From contig JAWLHY010000015.1 of assembly GCA_041690135.1 (NCBI GenBank), positions 143,820 through 207,819 on the forward strand: DNA of 64,000 nucleotides, in the 5' to 3' direction. Position 1 is the first letter of the stretch; each line of letters begins with the position of its first letter. Below are positions 29,536-39,989 of this stretch, piece by piece. This DNA comes from Armatimonadota bacterium (lineage in GTDB: Bacteria > Armatimonadota > SYMT01). Position numbers and translations under genes: made by a program. The notes beneath the pieces were generated by a model, which saw only the letters and a list, made by a program, of their open reading frames with translations, searched no databases and was not told where the DNA came from.

Positions 29536-30150
29536 TCAGGAGTGCACCTGATCCCGCAACTCCGCCACGGCCGCCATGATTCGTTCCGCAGCCTGTTCGA
29601 ACTCTTCTCGTCCGGGCTTCCGGCCCATTTCCGCCCGAAACTCGAGGGGCGGACCGTAACGGAGTCCCACCCGGCTCAAACGGATGCCGCCCTCGCGGGG
29701 AGTCACCTCCCGCGTACCCCACAGGTAGAAGGGGATAACGGGAACGCCGCTCCGGTACGCAATCATTCCTACGCCCATCTCGGCCGGCTGAAGTTCCCCC
29801 GTCTCGCTGCGGGTTCCTTCCGGAAAGATCACGACCGGAAAACCGCGCTCGAGGTACTCATAGGAGCGCTTCAGCGCGTTGCGGTCGGGAGCGCCGCGCC
29901 GCACCGGATAGGCGTGCAGGCGGGTGATGAGCCAGGCAAACCAGCGCTTCCGGAAAAGCTCCTCTTTCGCCATAAAGGCATGCGGGCGCCATAAGGAGAT
30001 GGCGACCAGCGGTGGATCCAGGTTGCTGATGTGGTTTCCCGCGAGAATGTAGGCGCCGCGTTTGGGAACGTACTCCGTGCCCTCGATCCTGGCTCGCATC
30101 AAGAGCCGGTAGATGAACCAGCAGAGGGTCCAGACCACCCGATAGATCAT
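29536..30150 (-). CDS. plsC: 1-acyl-sn-glycerol-3-phosphate acyltransferase
   Basis: NHISNLD (HX4D), FMAKEELF, FPEGTRS. Confidence 0.9.
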   Translation of the reverse strand: MIYRVVWTLCWFIYRLLMRARIEGTEYVPKRGAYILAGNHISNLDPPLVAISLWRPHAFMAKEELFRKRWFAWLITRLHAYPVRRGAPDRNALKRSYEYLERGFPVVIFPEGTRSETGELQPAEMGVGMIAYRSGVPVIPFYLWGTREVTPREGGIRLSRVGLRYGPPLEFRAEMGRKPGREEFEQAAERIMAAVAELRDQVHS

Positions 30151-30833
30151 GGCTGCTCCCGTTCCCGAGCCAACGCCGCGATCCGGGCCACGACTTCGTC
30201 GATCGTCAACCCATCGGTGCAGACCTCGACCGCATCCTCGGCCTTTCGGAGGGGCGAGTGCTCGCGCCGCATGTCCCGGGTGTCCCGCTCAAGAACCTCG
30301 CGGAGGACGGTCTCCGAATCGACTTCGGCGCCCCCGGCACGCAACTCTTCGGCGCGTCTCCGGGCGCGCTCCTCGCCGCTGGCGGTCAAATAGACCTTCA
30401 GCCGGGCCTGGGGAAAGACCACGGTGCCGATGTCGCGCCCTTCCATGACCACCCCGCCCTCGGCGCCGAGCCGGCGCTGTTGATCCACCAAGGCCTCGCG
30501 CACCCCCGGCCAGCAACTCACCTCCGAGGCGCCGCGACTGATCTCGGGCGTGCGGATGGGGGCCGAGACATCCTCGCCGTCCACCCACAGGCGAGGCCGC
30601 TCCTCGTGCGGCTCGAACTCAAAACGCAGCCGTCCGGTAAGCTCCGTGAGGGCCTCGGCGTCATCCCAGGCAATCCCCGCCCGGCGCGCCATCAGGGCGA
30701 CCGCCCGGTACATTGCGCCGGTATCGATGTAGACGTAACCCAGGTCACCGGCTACCCGGCGGGCGACGGTACTCTTTCCCGCACCCGCGGGACCGTCGAT
30801 GGCGACGATAGGCTTGGAGGACTTGGAGGGCAT
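30147..30833 (-). CDS. cmk: Cytidylate kinase
   Basis: IDGPAGAGKST, DTGAMYR, MEGRDIGTVVFP. Confidence 0.96.
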   Translation of the reverse strand: MPSKSSKPIVAIDGPAGAGKSTVARRVAGDLGYVYIDTGAMYRAVALMARRAGIAWDDAEALTELTGRLRFEFEPHEERPRLWVDGEDVSAPIRTPEISRGASEVSCWPGVREALVDQQRRLGAEGGVVMEGRDIGTVVFPQARLKVYLTASGEERARRRAEELRAGGAEVDSETVLREVLERDTRDMRREHSPLRKAEDAVEVCTDGLTIDEVVARIAALAREREQP

Positions 30834-31066
30834 ACAAGACTTCTCGTGGTATGGGAGTCCATCCGGCGCGAATGCCTGCAACGGGAAGCGCCGACGGCTG
30901 TCAAAGAGTCTATCGCATCGTTTGCTTCATCCGGCACGCAGGCACCGAACGGCTTGTTATGAGGATTTTTGCGCGGAACATGATCGATCCAGAGGCACAG
31001 CAGAGGGGGCTTACTCCTCCCGACAACGGCGAGTCCGGCCGCGCGGCACACCGTCGCCGGGAATGG

Positions 31067-33991
31067 ATGACGGGGAGAGTCGCGGCGCCCGTTTGGGCGC
31101 TCCTCCTGCTGGGTTCCGCCGCCCTGCCACTGGCAGCCGCCCGCAGCCCCAAGGCCATTCAGTACGAGAGCGAGGTACTCCCGCTCTTTCGCGCGAAGTG
31201 CATCGGCTGCCACGGCGCGGGGCTGCCGGAGGCGGGTCTCGACCTCCGCACCCGAGGCGATCTCCTGGAGGGTGGGTATTCGGGCCCCGCCGTAGTTCCC
31301 GGGAGCCCGGAGAAGAGCGTCTTGTACCAGACCCTGGCGGACGGACGCATGCCGAAGGGCGGACGGCGCTTTACCCCGCAAGAGCTGCGGGTCGTGGCCG
31401 ACTGGATCCGGGGCGGGGCGGCCGGCGCGGGACCGGAGACCGGTCACTGGGCCTTCCGCCCACCGAAAGCGACCCCGGTCCCGCCGGTGAAAGCGGCCGA
31501 CCGGGTGCGGAACCCGATCGACGCTTTCTTGCTGCGAGACCTGGAACGGAAGGGTTTGTCCTATACGCCGGAGGCCGACCGTCGTACCCTGATTCGCCGG
31601 CTCACGTTTGACCTGATCGGACTCCCGCCCACGCCCGCAGAGATCGAGGCCTTCGTCCGGGATGCGCGCCCGGATGCGTACGAGCGCCTGGTGGACCGTC
31701 TCCTGAGCGATCCGCGCTACGGCGAGCGCTGGGCGCGCCACTGGCTGGACACCGCCGGATACGCGGATAGCGAAGGCGTGCTGCAAGAGGACCGGATCCG
31801 GCCGAATGCCTGGCGTTACCGGGACTACGTCATCCAGAGCCTCAATGCCGACAAGCCGTACGACCAGTTCCTGCGGGAACAGATCGCCGGGGATGAACTC
31901 GTCGATTACCGGAACGCCCCGGCATTCACGCCGAAGATTGTGGAAACCCTGACCGCCACCGGGTTCCTGCGGACCGCCGTGGATGCGACCCGGCCGGACT
32001 TCAACCCCCACCAGTACGGGGAATACCAGTACCGGATGCTGCACGACACCCAGACGATCGTCTTCTCGACGGCGCTGGGGCTTACGGTCCAGTGCGCCCG
32101 GTGCCACAGTCACAAGTACGAGCCGATCTCCCAGAAGGACTACTACGCCGTTCAGGCTCTCTTCATGGGGGCGGTGCGCCCGCGCGGCAAGCTGTTGCCC
32201 ACCGCGCTCCGGCAGATCGTGGCCGCGACCGCGGAAGAGCAGAAGCACGCGCGGGAGGTGAACGCGCAGGTCGATGCCGCGGTCGCCGCGCTCAACCAGG
32301 AACTGGCGGCGCTGACGGCGGAACACCAGGCTCGCGACCTGGAGCGACGTGCCGCGGAGATTCCCGAGGCGGACCGCACGGCGCTCATCGCAGCCGTGCG
32401 CCTACCGGAAGCCAAACGCAGCGCCGAACAGAAGACCCTGGTGACCCGGCACGCCAAACTGATCCGCACTCCGGAGGCACTTGCCGCCGCCGATTCCGAG
32501 TTCCGGGAGAAACAGGCGGCGATCGTAACCAAGCGCAACCAGGAAAACAGCCGCCGAATCGTCCACACGGAACTCCGCGCCTTTTACGACCAGGACGCCA
32601 ACCCGCCGCCGACGCCCCTGCTGCAAAGGGGAGACTGGCTCCGGCCGGGGGAACCCGTTGAACCTGGAGTACCGGAGCTGCTAGCACGAGTCGCCGGCCC
32701 GCTCGAGCTTTCGAAGCCGACACCAGGCGCGGCAACCACCGGTCGTCGCCTCGCCTTCGCCCGCTGGATCACGCAGGCGGATCATCCCCTGACGGCGCGG
32801 GTGATGGTCAACCGGGTCTGGGCCCATCACTTCGGCGTGGGCATCGTGCCGAGCGTGGAGAACTTCGGCCGCTCCGGTCAGGCGCCGACGAACCAGGACC
32901 TGCTGGACTGGCTGGCATGCTCCTTCGTCGCGGGGGCCGGGGGGAAGGGGTCCGGGGCCGGGGAGACTGGTGAACAGGCCCGGTACGGTTTGCCGGTACG
33001 CAAGGGTGATGCTGTTGGCAAATTCCGGAGTGCGCACGAGTTGGCACAACGAGATCAACCTCGCGAGCAGCGGAATGGAACGGCGTCACATTCCCTACGG
33101 CACCGTCATCCGAGGCCCCTTCAATTTGCCAACAACATCAGGGGTGCGAGGGAGCCGGGAACCAGGGAGTCGGGGACCCGATTCACCGCGGCATCATCTG
33201 GTTCCGAGGGTTCGAGATACGCAGTACGGAATTCGCATTACGCACCCGTCCCCAATCCCCGGCCCCCGACCTCTGGCCCCACCGAAGGCCTGGCCTGGAG
33301 TCTCAAGAAGCTCCACCGGCTCATCGTCACTTCTTCCGCGTACCGGCAGGGGTCGGGATGGAACGAGCGGGCGGGGCGGATCGATCCCGAGAACCGGCTG
33401 GTGTGGCGCCAGCGGCCGCGCCGGCTGGAGGCCGAGGCGATCCGGGACGCGATGCTGGCGGTCTCCGGCACGCTGGACGGCCGAATGTTCGGCGAGCCGG
33501 TCGCGAACGTGACGCAGCCGACTGGGGAGATCGTGGCGGCGGGTGAGGAGCAAGGTGGGCGACGCTCGATTTACCTGCTGGTGCGCCGCTCCATGCCGGT
33601 GACGCTGCTCAACACCTTCGATGCCCCCGTGATGGAGACGAACTGCACCCGGCGGACGACCTCCACCACGGCGACCCAGGCTCTGGCGCTGATGAACGGA
33701 ACCTTCCTGAACGCACAAGGGCGACACTTCGCAACCCGGCTCCTGCGTGAAAGCCCTCCGGCCGGTGGTGCGGAAGCGCCGGTGGACCTTCGGACGGTCC
33801 GGCACGCCTTCAGCCTGGCGCTGGGCCGCGCACCCAGCGCCAAGGAGCAGGCCGAGGCCATGGAGTTCCTGCGCGGGCAAATTGAGCTTTACCGCAAAGG
33901 GCAGGACACGGCGAAAGACGCGGGGGTGCGGGGATATGCGGACTTTTGCGCAGCGCTTTTGAGTTCGAACGAGTTCATTTACGTGGATTAG
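31067..33991 (+). CDS. Planctomycete cytochrome c / DUF1549 / DUF1553 protein with in-frame insertion
   Basis: CIGCH, HWAF.P, YGERWARHWLD, CARCH.HKY, TARVMVNRVW, LLDWLA...WSLKKLHRLIVTS, QALALMN. Confidence 0.92.
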   Translation: MTGRVAAPVWALLLLGSAALPLAAARSPKAIQYESEVLPLFRAKCIGCHGAGLPEAGLDLRTRGDLLEGGYSGPAVVPGSPEKSVLYQTLADGRMPKGGRRFTPQELRVVADWIRGGAAGAGPETGHWAFRPPKATPVPPVKAADRVRNPIDAFLLRDLERKGLSYTPEADRRTLIRRLTFDLIGLPPTPAEIEAFVRDARPDAYERLVDRLLSDPRYGERWARHWLDTAGYADSEGVLQEDRIRPNAWRYRDYVIQSLNADKPYDQFLREQIAGDELVDYRNAPAFTPKIVETLTATGFLRTAVDATRPDFNPHQYGEYQYRMLHDTQTIVFSTALGLTVQCARCHSHKYEPISQKDYYAVQALFMGAVRPRGKLLPTALRQIVAATAEEQKHAREVNAQVDAAVAALNQELAALTAEHQARDLERRAAEIPEADRTALIAAVRLPEAKRSAEQKTLVTRHAKLIRTPEALAAADSEFREKQAAIVTKRNQENSRRIVHTELRAFYDQDANPPPTPLLQRGDWLRPGEPVEPGVPELLARVAGPLELSKPTPGAATTGRRLAFARWITQADHPLTARVMVNRVWAHHFGVGIVPSVENFGRSGQAPTNQDLLDWLACSFVAGAGGKGSGAGETGEQARYGLPVRKGDAVGKFRSAHELAQRDQPREQRNGTASHSLRHRHPRPLQFANNIRGAREPGTRESGTRFTAASSGSEGSRYAVRNSHYAPVPNPRPPTSGPTEGLAWSLKKLHRLIVTSSAYRQGSGWNERAGRIDPENRLVWRQRPRRLEAEAIRDAMLAVSGTLDGRMFGEPVANVTQPTGEIVAAGEEQGGRRSIYLLVRRSMPVTLLNTFDAPVMETNCTRRTTSTTATQALALMNGTFLNAQGRHFATRLLRESPPAGGAEAPVDLRTVRHAFSLALGRAPSAKEQAEAMEFLRGQIELYRKGQDTAKDAGVRGYADFCAALLSSNEFIYVD
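33007..33140. mobile_element. Putative MITE (134 bp, 18-bp terminal inverted repeats) nested in coding insertion
   Basis: tgatgctgttggcaaatt ... aatttgccaacaacatca (17/18 complementary), flanked by ggg on both sides. Confidence 0.55.
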
Positions 33992-33995
33992 TCAC

Positions 33996-35438
33996 ATGCT
34001 GAGTTTTGATTTGAGACAGAGAGGCCGGCTGGTGGAACTGGTGTCGCGGCGGGAGTTGTTCTCCCGGCTGGGAGCCGGTGCCGGGGCGTTGGCGCTGGCC
34101 TCCCTGCTGGAGGAGGCCGCCGCGGCAGCTTCCCCCTCGGGCCGCCAGCGTTACGACGTGCAGCCGAAGGAGCCGCATCACCCGGCCCGGGCGAAACGGA
34201 TCATCTATCTGTTCCAGAACGGCGGACCCAGCCACGTGGACCTGTTCGACCCGAAACCGGAACTAAAGAAATACGAGGGTCAGAAGCCGGGCGAGGGGTT
34301 CGTCAACGACGTGGACCCCAAGAAGACCGGGACCTGGCTCGGCAGCCCCTTCCAGTTCGCGCGGCATGGGCAGTCCGGCCTAGAGCTTTCCGAGTTGCTC
34401 CCGGAGTTGGCCCATCACGCCGACGAGATCTCCGTGATCCGCTCGATGGTCTCCGAGCACGAGAACCACGAACAGGCGTGCTGTCACATGCACACCGGCT
34501 CTCCCGTCGCCGGAAGGCCGACGATGGGTTCCTGGATTACCTACGGCCTAGGCACGGAAAACCAGAACCTGCCGGCTTACGTGGCTCTTCTGAACCCGGC
34601 CGGGCTCCCCGTGGATGGGGCCCGCAACTGGTCGAGCGGTTGGATGCCTCCTCTTTACCAGGGGATGCCGGTGCGCGCGACCGAAACGACACCGATTCTC
34701 AACCTCGAGCAGAAGATCCCGGAACTGGCCGCGGACCGGCGGCTCCAGTTTCTCCAGAAGCTGAACCGCGAGCACTTCCGAACGCGGGATGAGAACCTGG
34801 AACTGGAGGCACGGATCGCGACTTTTGAGCTCGCCGCACGGATGCAGCTAGCCGCGACCGATGCCCTGGACCTCAAGACCGAAACGGAGCCGACGCGCAA
34901 GTTGTACGGTCTCGATCGGCCGGAGACGGCAGTCTACGGGCGCGAGCTCCTGATGGCGCGGCGGCTCGTGGAACGCGGCGTGCGGTTCGTGCAGGTAATG
35001 ATGTCCGGTCAGCCGTGGGACACCCACAGCAACAATAACGCGAACCTGCGGTCGCTCTGCAAGTCAACGGACCTTCCGGTCTCGGGTTTGCTGAAGGACC
35101 TGCGCCAACGCGGCCTTCTGGAAGACACCCTGGTCATCTGGACGGGCGAGTTCGGCCGGACGCCCTTCGCGGAAGGAAAAGATGGGCGTGACCATCACAA
35201 ACGGGCGTTCAGCCTGTGGGTCGCCGGAGGGGGGATCAAGGGCGGGGTGACCGTGGGCGCCACGGATCCGTTCGGCTACAAGTCGGTGGAGGATATCGTC
35301 ACGGTGGCGGACTTCCATGCCACCGTGCTGCACCTGCTGGGCATCGATTTCAACCGGCTCACCTTCCGTCACGACACCCGGGAAGAGAAACTGACCGACG
35401 TGCATCCGGCACAGATTGTCAAACAAATCGTGGTCTGA
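33996..35438 (+). CDS. DUF1501 domain protein (copy 2), partner of DUF1553 gene
   Basis: SRRE, AKRIIYLFQNGGPSHVDLFDPKP, WDTH, GEFGRTP, GRDHH. Confidence 0.93.
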   Translation: MLSFDLRQRGRLVELVSRRELFSRLGAGAGALALASLLEEAAAAASPSGRQRYDVQPKEPHHPARAKRIIYLFQNGGPSHVDLFDPKPELKKYEGQKPGEGFVNDVDPKKTGTWLGSPFQFARHGQSGLELSELLPELAHHADEISVIRSMVSEHENHEQACCHMHTGSPVAGRPTMGSWITYGLGTENQNLPAYVALLNPAGLPVDGARNWSSGWMPPLYQGMPVRATETTPILNLEQKIPELAADRRLQFLQKLNREHFRTRDENLELEARIATFELAARMQLAATDALDLKTETEPTRKLYGLDRPETAVYGRELLMARRLVERGVRFVQVMMSGQPWDTHSNNNANLRSLCKSTDLPVSGLLKDLRQRGLLEDTLVIWTGEFGRTPFAEGKDGRDHHKRAFSLWVAGGGIKGGVTVGATDPFGYKSVEDIVTVADFHATVLHLLGIDFNRLTFRHDTREEKLTDVHPAQIVKQIVV

Positions 35439-36579
35439 TAGTGGCAACGGCATGAGCGGCCATGCCTTCTTCACGGCCCACGAAGCCAAGGCGCTCGTTG
35501 GTGGTGGCCTTAATGCTGACCTGGCCGGGGTCGGCTTTCATCGTTTCAGCGATGCGGGCTCGCATGGTGTCCACGTGGGGGCCGATTTTCGGACGTTCGG
35601 CCAGGAGCATGGCGTCGACGTTGACCAACTCCCACCCGGCTTCCCGCAGCCGTTCCAACACCACGCCGAGCAGTAGGAGACTGCTGATGCCGCAGTAACG
35701 AGGGTCGGTGTTGGGAAAGAGCTTCCCGATATCGCCCAGCGCGGCCGCCCCGAGGAGCGCGTCGCAGATCGCGTGGAGCAGCACGTCCGCATCGGAGTGA
35801 CCGTCCAGCCCCAGGCCTTCCGGGTGCTGCAGCTCCACGCCGCCCAGAACAAGGGGACGGCCCGGCACGAGCCGGTGGACGTCGTAACCGAACCCGGTGC
35901 GCACTCCACCCCCCGTCATCAACGCTTCCGCCATCCGTAGGTCCTCCGCCACCGTCACCTTGATGTTGTTCCTTTCGCCCGGCACGAGCCGCACGGGGTG
36001 CCCCAACCGCTCCACGTAACTCGCGTCATCCGTGCCGGCAAACCCTTCTTCCTTTGCACGCCGGTAGGCTCCCACCAGTAGCTCGTAGCGGAACACCTGG
36101 GGCGTCTGGACACCGTAGAGTTCCCGGCGGTCGATGGTCTCCAACGTGGCCTGGCCGTCGAACGACCGTTTGAGGGTATCCGACACCGGAGTGGCCGGAA
36201 GCGCGGCTCCGTGTTCGCGGGCCGCCTCGATCACCGCCGAGACCAGGGCTGGAGTAGCCAGAGGCCGGGCTCCGTCGTGGATCGCCACCCACTCCGTTCC
36301 GTCGGGAACCGCCTGGAGTGCATTCCAGACACTATCGTAACGTTCCGCCCCGCCCACACAGATGGTGTGGAGTTTGGAGAAGGCGGACGCGATGCGGGAG
36401 ACGGCTTCCACGTCCTCTTCACCGGTGACCACGACCAGCGCATCGATCTCGGGACACGCTTGCAGCACCGCGAGGGACCCATGGAGGACGGTCCGTCCCG
36501 CAAGGGGGACCAGGACCTTGTTCTGACCGGCACCGAACCGACGCCCCTTGCCAGCGGCGGCTACTATCGCTGTTACCAT
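35419..36579 (-). CDS. ispDF: Bifunctional IspD/IspF
   Basis: AAGKGRRFG..NK, IHDGARP, VQTPQ.F, TDD then G.GYDVH, GHSDADVLLHA, KATT.E.LGFVGR.EG. Confidence 0.96.
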   Translation of the reverse strand: MVTAIVAAAGKGRRFGAGQNKVLVPLAGRTVLHGSLAVLQACPEIDALVVVTGEEDVEAVSRIASAFSKLHTICVGGAERYDSVWNALQAVPDGTEWVAIHDGARPLATPALVSAVIEAAREHGAALPATPVSDTLKRSFDGQATLETIDRRELYGVQTPQVFRYELLVGAYRRAKEEGFAGTDDASYVERLGHPVRLVPGERNNIKVTVAEDLRMAEALMTGGGVRTGFGYDVHRLVPGRPLVLGGVELQHPEGLGLDGHSDADVLLHAICDALLGAAALGDIGKLFPNTDPRYCGISSLLLLGVVLERLREAGWELVNVDAMLLAERPKIGPHVDTMRARIAETMKADPGQVSIKATTNERLGFVGREEGMAAHAVATIRPRFV

Positions 36580-36609
36580 CGAGGGAGATCCTTGGTTAGC
36601 GGGGATTGG

Positions 36610-36658
36610 AAAAAGGGGAAGAGCGACGCCAGCAATGCAGCGTTGCTCTTCCCCTTTT
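36610..36658. terminator. Long hairpin with T-tracts on both strands
   Basis: aaaaggggaagagcgacgc ... gcgttgctcttcccctttt. Confidence 0.75.
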
Positions 36659-36722
36659 ATCGCGTTCTACGTTCAAAAGCCGCCCGGTAAGGGCTTCAGG
36701 AGCTCACCAGTCTGGCCCACTC

Positions 36723-36836
36723 ACAATCGCTCCCGCGGAATGCCGGGGTCGCATTCCACACGGCAGCACGGGTGCAAGCCCAAGGCCAGGCGGGGACGGA
36801 GCCTCCGCCCTACTTCTACAGGTGCAAGAACAAAGG
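36723..36836 (-). repeat. ~110-bp dispersed element with GTAGGGCGG REP-like core; second copy 53107-53217
   Basis: Reverse complement ctttg..cttgcacctgt.ga.gtagggcgga.gctc.gtc.ccgcc...cttgcacccgt...gtgtggaa.gcgac.ccggc matches 53107-53217. Confidence 0.8.
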
Positions 36837-36916
36837 CGGTTCCGTTCACCCCAAGGCGGCCTCCCATGGGACCAAGGCGTGATTTGACCCTTCGAACCGG
36901 CAAGACGAGCGGTTCC

Positions 36917-38095
36917 CTAATGTTGACGGCCGCGGCGAGGGTTCCGCTCCCGGTCCCGGTAATAGCTCCGGAGGTTCCGGTCCATCAACTCCTGCTCTTC
37001 GTCGGCCACGTCCTTCAAGTTGGCGAAGATCATCTTGCCGGCGACGGTCTGCAGCACGCTGCTGACCACCACATCCACGCTTTCCCCCACGCAGTGGCGG
37101 CCGTTCTCCACCACGACCATCGTGCCGTCGTCGAGGTACGCAATCCCCTGGCCCGGTTCCTTTCCGTCCTTGATGATGTGGACGCAAAGGATCTCCCCCG
37201 GGAGGACGACCGGCTTGAGCGAATTCGCCAGCTCATTCACGTTCAGCACGCGCACGCCCTGAAGTTCCGCGACCTTGTTCAGGTTGAAATCGTTGGTGAC
37301 GATCGCGCCTTCCATTGCCTTAGCGAGACGGACCAGCTTACTGTCCACCGGCTCATGGTCCGCCTTGTGGTCCGCCTTCTGGATCATATGATCGTAGGTG
37401 CGGACCACCAGACTCAACTCCTTCTGCATGGCGTTGAGGATATCCAGCCCACGCCGTCCCCGGGCGCGCTTGAGCGAGTCGCCGGAGTCCGCAATGGTCT
37501 GCAACTCGTCCAGTACGAACCCCGGCACGTAGATCGTTCCCTCGACGAAGCCGGTCCGGCAGATATCGGAGATCCGGCCATCGATGATGATGTTGGTGTC
37601 CAGGATCTTCGCCTGCTTGAGCATGGCCTTCTCATCGGATGCCTGCGCGCCGTACGGAGGCAACAGCTTCCGCAGCTCCTCGCGCATGCTCATGGCACCC
37701 TGGGTGGTGAGGAACACCATAACGAAAGCGAGGGCTACCGCCAGAAGCGTGCGCAGCAGCGGTTCCTCGATCTGGTTAAAGATCGGCTGCATCAACATCG
37801 TGATCAGCAACCCGACCAGCGCGCCCACGCAGAGGGCGATCTTATCATTCGCCGGCATCTCGCGCAGGTTCTCCGCGAGCGACGATATATAGGCGCTGAT
37901 CTTCGAATAGCCGAAGACACCGGCCAGGATGCCGATCAGGGTGAAACCTACCTGGCTCAGGAGAACGAGCCGGGTGTTCTCACCGATGTACTTCACGATC
38001 TCCGGGATCTTGATGTACCAGGATCCGGCGCGGAAACCGAGATAGCCGCCGATCACAGAAAGAACAAGAAGAAGAACCGCCCTAACAATGGCCAC
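36917..38095 (-). CDS. PIN/TRAM domain membrane protein (YacL-like)
   Basis: [48 protein letters not shown]; upstream of ispD; GTG 38095 with AAGGAG. Confidence 0.93.
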   Translation of the reverse strand: MAIVRAVLLLVLSVIGGYLGFRAGSWYIKIPEIVKYIGENTRLVLLSQVGFTLIGILAGVFGYSKISAYISSLAENLREMPANDKIALCVGALVGLLITMLMQPIFNQIEEPLLRTLLAVALAFVMVFLTTQGAMSMREELRKLLPPYGAQASDEKAMLKQAKILDTNIIIDGRISDICRTGFVEGTIYVPGFVLDELQTIADSGDSLKRARGRRGLDILNAMQKELSLVVRTYDHMIQKADHKADHEPVDSKLVRLAKAMEGAIVTNDFNLNKVAELQGVRVLNVNELANSLKPVVLPGEILCVHIIKDGKEPGQGIAYLDDGTMVVVENGRHCVGESVDVVVSSVLQTVAGKMIFANLKDVADEEQELMDRNLRSYYRDRERNPRRGRQH

Positions 38096-38393
38096 CAGCG
38101 TGACTCCTTGAGCAACTCGCCGACAGAGTGAACAGGTCTCTGCCAACCTTTCGCGGAGGGGCGCAGACTACGTTGCGTTACCTGATTTACTGTTTCCAGC
38201 GCAAATCGGACCGGGCACCGCGGACATTCGCACCAGGCACTGCCACACGGTACGCCGCTCCCCACTTCTGCATGCGCAACGAATGAGAAGATTGTTGCCC
38301 GGAGTATATCACGCCCAGGAGCATTCTACTGCACAACAGACTACAATCCGCCACCTACAGTCTGACACGCCGTTCGGCCCGTTGTTCCAGCCC

Positions 38394-39884
38394 TTAGCGG
38401 ACGCTTAGCCGGTACTCAACGATCTCCGCACGGATGCGCCCGATCACCCGGGTCCCGGCGAGCATGTCCGCCGGGTCGCCCTGAGCGAACTTGATGTGGG
38501 TGGCATCCACTTCATCGGTGTCCAGAGTGGGATCGAAAGCGTACCAGCCATCAGCCTCTTCCGTCAACCGGCACTCCACCCACGCGTGATAGTAGAACCC
38601 GTCGTTCTGGTAGAGCATCCCCGTGCAGAGGCGCGTCGGGAGGCCTGCGGCCCGGCCCAGAGCCGCGAAGAGGGTGGCGTAGTCCCGGCATACTCCCTCT
38701 CGCGAACGCATGATCTCGGCAGCAGACCGCGGGGTGCCGATGTTAGTGGGCTTCTGCATGTGCTGGTGGACCCAGGCGCGCACGCGCCGGGCGAGAGTCA
38801 GCCGATCGCCGGCGCCTTTCGCCAGTTCCGACGCCTGGCGCCGGATCTCCGGGTCGTCCAGTCCCAGATAGGCGGCATCGTCAAGGAACTCACCGGCGGC
38901 GCCCGGCGGCGCCAGCGGTAAAGCTGCCGTCGGCAATGCCCGCGTAGCGACCCGATAGGTCCCGGCAAAGGTGGTCACTCCTGCCTCATCCAGCTTCTGG
39001 CGGCTTTCGACCTTCTGGCGCGTATCGGAGAGGATGACGTTCTCATCCGGCAAGCCGGACAGCCGGACCTGCAGAAGGGCGACCTTGCGGGGGTCCGGGA
39101 TACGCTTCGTGGTCTTAACGGCGGTGGAGACGGCAAAGTCCGTGTCCGGCCCGGCGGCACCGGCCAGCGGCATCAACGGCTCGACGTCTTCGCGGACCAG
39201 GCGAATGCCGATCTTGCTGTCATCCTCAAGCAGTTGACCTTCGCTATCCAACCAGCTCTCCGAGGTGCCCGTGACGGAGTTGACGGTACGCACGAGGAAC
39301 GCCATCACCGGCTTCCGCGCCACGTTTCGCCGGTCCTGGCGCAACACCTCGGTTTCAATCCGCTGGATGGCCAGACTCGCCGGATCGAAGAAGTGGGTCA
39401 CCCACTTGTTGCCGACGCGGAACCGGGTTCCGGCCCCTCCCGTGGAGAGTTGCGGGTCGTCAACCAGGACGACGCCCTTGGGAATCGGTAGAGACTTGGT
39501 CGACTTCTGTCCCCCCGCATCGATCTCGGACACCACGCGATCCGGGTGGTACCGGGTCTGGATCTGGGTCGTCCGACCGGAGGAGATCATCGTGAAGCGG
39601 GACTGGAGAGGGTGCCCCTGCTTGCTGGAATAGTACTGAATCCGGATCTTCTGCTCGACCTCGCTGCCCAGTGCCTTCAAACGGACGTCGGACTCCGCCT
39701 CCGTGCGCACTACGGACTGGTTCTCGAACCGATCGTCGTAGGTCCGCGAGACCATCGATCCGATGCGGGAGTTGAGCAGGTAGATTCCATAACGCTGGGT
39801 GGAGCGAAGCTCCGCCGCGACCGCCGCACTCCAGGAGAGCAGGGCACAGATCAACCACAAGGAAATGCGTACGGGGCGCGGCAT
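38394..39884 (-). CDS. Exported transglutaminase-like domain protein
   Basis: Signal peptide; GVCRDYA, YHAWVE, FDPT (Cys-His-Asp triad). Confidence 0.88.
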   Translation of the reverse strand: MPRPVRISLWLICALLSWSAAVAAELRSTQRYGIYLLNSRIGSMVSRTYDDRFENQSVVRTEAESDVRLKALGSEVEQKIRIQYYSSKQGHPLQSRFTMISSGRTTQIQTRYHPDRVVSEIDAGGQKSTKSLPIPKGVVLVDDPQLSTGGAGTRFRVGNKWVTHFFDPASLAIQRIETEVLRQDRRNVARKPVMAFLVRTVNSVTGTSESWLDSEGQLLEDDSKIGIRLVREDVEPLMPLAGAAGPDTDFAVSTAVKTTKRIPDPRKVALLQVRLSGLPDENVILSDTRQKVESRQKLDEAGVTTFAGTYRVATRALPTAALPLAPPGAAGEFLDDAAYLGLDDPEIRRQASELAKGAGDRLTLARRVRAWVHQHMQKPTNIGTPRSAAEIMRSREGVCRDYATLFAALGRAAGLPTRLCTGMLYQNDGFYYHAWVECRLTEEADGWYAFDPTLDTDEVDATHIKFAQGDPADMLAGTRVIGRIRAEIVEYRLSVR

Positions 39885-39989
39885 GCGGTCCTCCGAAAGC
39901 AAGGTGACGATGCCGCTATTCTAGCGGATTCCGGAGAAGGCTGCAGGATTCGGAACCGATCGATGGCGGCTGGAAATCGGTGCTCGGGT

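Noticed and set aside
32930-33292. Intein in the DUF1553 protein
   Set aside because: No terminal His-Asn followed by Cys/Ser/Thr and no Hint-domain blocks recognised
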